64,000 nt of DNA from Takakia lepidozioides (taxonomy: Eukaryota; Plantae; Bryophyta), in the NCBI GenBank assembly GCA_030704615.1, contig CM060731.1:60388001-60452000 (forward strand), given 5' to 3'. The notes beneath the pieces were generated by a model, which had not been told where the DNA came from, did no database searches, and worked only from the letters and a program-made list of their open reading frames with translations. Shown one piece after another: positions 61,652-64,000 of the stretch (the stretch's first letter is position 1; every line of letters begins with the position of its first letter). Position numbers and translations under genes: made by a program.

Positions 61652-62236
61652 GTGATGAAGCCATCTCCTCCAACCGTTTGGCCCGTGAAGGTGGGAACAC
61701 ATCTCAGCTTTCAGGAGATTGAAATGCTGGAGGAGGCAGGTTTTTCCCTTACGAGACAACCCCAACTCCATGCATGTGCTACTACTTTTGCGTCCTCCCG
61801 GGTCCCCCCGACAAATCCTGACTTGTGGCCAACCAAACGAGATGGAAAGCTCGTTCGGCGTTTCCCTCCAACCGCTGAATACTTTGGCAAAGTGGAGTCC
61901 GCAAGAATGCTCCAAGCTCGTGTCGGAAGCACCACGGAAGTACCCGATCCAGGATATGGTCGGGTATTCACAATCATCACTTCCACATCTGCTGTTCATG
62001 ACAGGACCTACGACATCACGGTTTCCAATTTCCCCAATTGCACATGTCCTGATTTTGTGAATATGCTATCAACCAGTTTGGGCAAGAGAGGTAAATTCAT
62101 ACCCTGCAAACATTTGTATTTCATATTTTTGAGGAGGATGGTTTGCGATCCCAAACGTGACAACTTCATTCACCATGCCACTATGAGTTTCAACGAGGTC
62201 GATACTCTTTTGCAGCGGGATACAACACATGGGTAG
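61652..62236 (+). CDS. SWIM zinc-finger protein (probably 5'-truncated, transposon-associated)
   Basis: YDITVSNFPNCTCPDF...PCKHLYFI = CxCx(n)CxH SWIM motif. Confidence 0.75.
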   Translation: MMKPSPPTVWPVKVGTHLSFQEIEMLEEAGFSLTRQPQLHACATTFASSRVPPTNPDLWPTKRDGKLVRRFPPTAEYFGKVESARMLQARVGSTTEVPDPGYGRVFTIITSTSAVHDRTYDITVSNFPNCTCPDFVNMLSTSLGKRGKFIPCKHLYFIFLRRMVCDPKRDNFIHHATMSFNEVDTLLQRDTTHG

Positions 62237-62639
62237 CATGAACTATGTAATGTGGTATGTGGATGACCATGATTTGAAATGTGTAATTCACATCAATTCG
62301 TCGGCTGTGCAATGATATGGCCTCCAACTATACGGAGTGAGCTCTGAGTGACAACTTTTAGGTAGTGCACATTTGTCATTGCACCGTTCGAAGTCTACAT
62401 GTCTTGCTGTCGCTATGCACTACAATCATCTTTTGAAGATGATCATAACTCTCATTGTTATTTGAGGAGGGAGGAAGTCTTCTCGTGGCAGCCTTTATGG
62501 CGCACACTTTGTGAGGATATTTTGTCGTCTTCGTAATTGTAAAAGTGAAACAAGCATTTGTAATTGCACAATGTTGGATGCTGCAATTGTAGGCCTCAAC
62601 GCTCGTCTTGATTCTATTTAGGCAAGATTCCCTGCATTA

Positions 62640-62899
62640 ATTCCACGGTCATAGGACCATCCACGGTTATAGGCGCGCATGTTAATGCTGACGTGGCAGT
62701 TGACGGACAGTGTCACGTCATCATTTACCGCCACATCAGCATGCTGACATGACGCTCACGCCACGTCAGCGTGTGTGCAGGCTCACGCCACGTCAGCTGG
62801 CGTGAGCGTACGCTCACGCCACGTCACTCCTGCGTGAGCGTACGCTCGCGCGCTCACGTGCAACGCTCACGCCATTCGTCATTGGATAGCTCACCCCTC
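62640..62899. mobile_element. DNA-transposon-like terminus with subterminal repeats
   Basis: Tandem GCTCACGCCACGTCA and GTGAGCGTACGCTC units; ends GGATAGCTCACCCCTC, whose reverse complement resembles the GGGGGGTGGTATCC start of the MULE-like elements. Confidence 0.55.
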
Positions 62900-63138
62900 G
62901 GTTTTATCTGTAACCATCTCTACAGTGTCTATAGAACAATTCCTTTCATCCCAAGAATTACCCAAAAACACAAAATAAAAGAGGGGTTTCATACTCATCC
63001 AAAACAAAACTCGCAAGCCCCCGGACAATTATGTCTGGAAAAATTCCCTGCGACCAAGAGACAATAGGGTTAAATTCTTCTACCGCACTTCTAGACTATC
63101 AAATGAGACTGTCAGCCTCAACCTACCACAACCTACCA

Positions 63139-63725
63139 ATGATCTTTAACCTCCATTCATGGAATATAAGAGGGTTGGGAGCAGACCCAACTTCTCTAAA
63201 AAAGCTGAAAATTAAAACCTAGCTGACTCCCTTCCTTGCAAATCATTCCATTATTTTTCTACAGGAGCATAAACTAGATCAAGGGAAAATAGATAGCCTC
63301 TCTGATTATTTATGGCCATTAGCCAACTCGTTAAAGAAACCCACTTCCATGGGAACGAAAGGAGGTATTGCAATACTTCTTTCACCTACCATTCAACCGT
63401 TCCTCACTACGCATGACACTTGACTCCCCGGAAGATTGCAATTTTGTGCCTTATCCCTACCCAACTCAACAGGTCCGATTGGGCTGGTGAATATCCATGC
63501 ACCCAATAATTCTACTAACAGAGCAAAATTTTGGAACACTCTCAACACCAAAATGAGGGAACAACCTTCAATAGATAGCTGGGTAGTGTCTGGAGATTTC
63601 AATATGATGGAGATGAAAGAGGATAGAAGAGGCGCGGGGTTATTTACCTCAAACCCAGAAGAAATGGACCAGTGGTTCAACTGCATGCAAACACATAACC
63701 TCACGGAAGCTGTCGCGCACCTCAC
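63139..63725 (+). mobile_element. LINE ORF2 AP-endonuclease region, decayed
   Basis: SWNIRGL, FLQEHKL, KGGIAIL, VNIHAPN, VSGDFNM; two in-frame stops. Confidence 0.9.
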
Positions 63726-64000
63726 TTCGGTAAGGTCCCCTTCAAGTCATAGTTACTCGCTTTGATGCACGCGCCTAACTCCCAACCTAGCCGCGGGGGC
63801 AACTTGGAGCTTTGGCTGCTCACCGAGACATAACGGTCCCCCTTTACTCTTCCAACAGACCCTCCACCAATTTGGGCCTAGTGGAGATCCCCTTTGGTAG
63901 ATGGCAGTCCGGAATAGCTCCCCACTCTTTGGTCGCTTTCCGGCTCGCTTGCTTACTCACTAGTTTTTGGTCACCAACGGGCTTGCACCGTTCTCGGGGT

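Overview
Eukaryotic, land-plant nuclear DNA, most likely a non-seed plant (inference from the retroelement lineages and the intron-rich PPR gene). Host genes: a multi-exon PPR gene (-), an ULTRAPETALA-like SAND/Cys gene (+), a PRP5/DDX46-type DEAD-box helicase (-), and B-lectin and ABCG pseudogenes. The rest is largely transposon-derived. Main observations: (1) A Ty3/Gypsy element (1-13274) whose polyprotein carries a DNMT3-type cytosine methyltransferase between protease and RT, in frame with RT-RH-IN-PHD. It appears to self-prime and carries host gene fragments. (2) This element and a second, non-autonomous one (23138-27686) share an unusual permuted-LTR layout (A1...PPT-B1-NN-A2-B2, cut at an internal CA-NN-TG palindrome) and an apparently homologous extra ORF upstream of gag. 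This suggests a distinct integration route, possibly via a 2-LTR circle. (3) An intron-containing beta-class N4-cytosine/N6-adenine methyltransferase-like gene (58991-60860, -), split across several ORFs in the track. It lies next to a palindromic 22-mer array, a SWIM-finger ORF and a MULE-like terminus. All comparisons were made by eye; no database searches were run.
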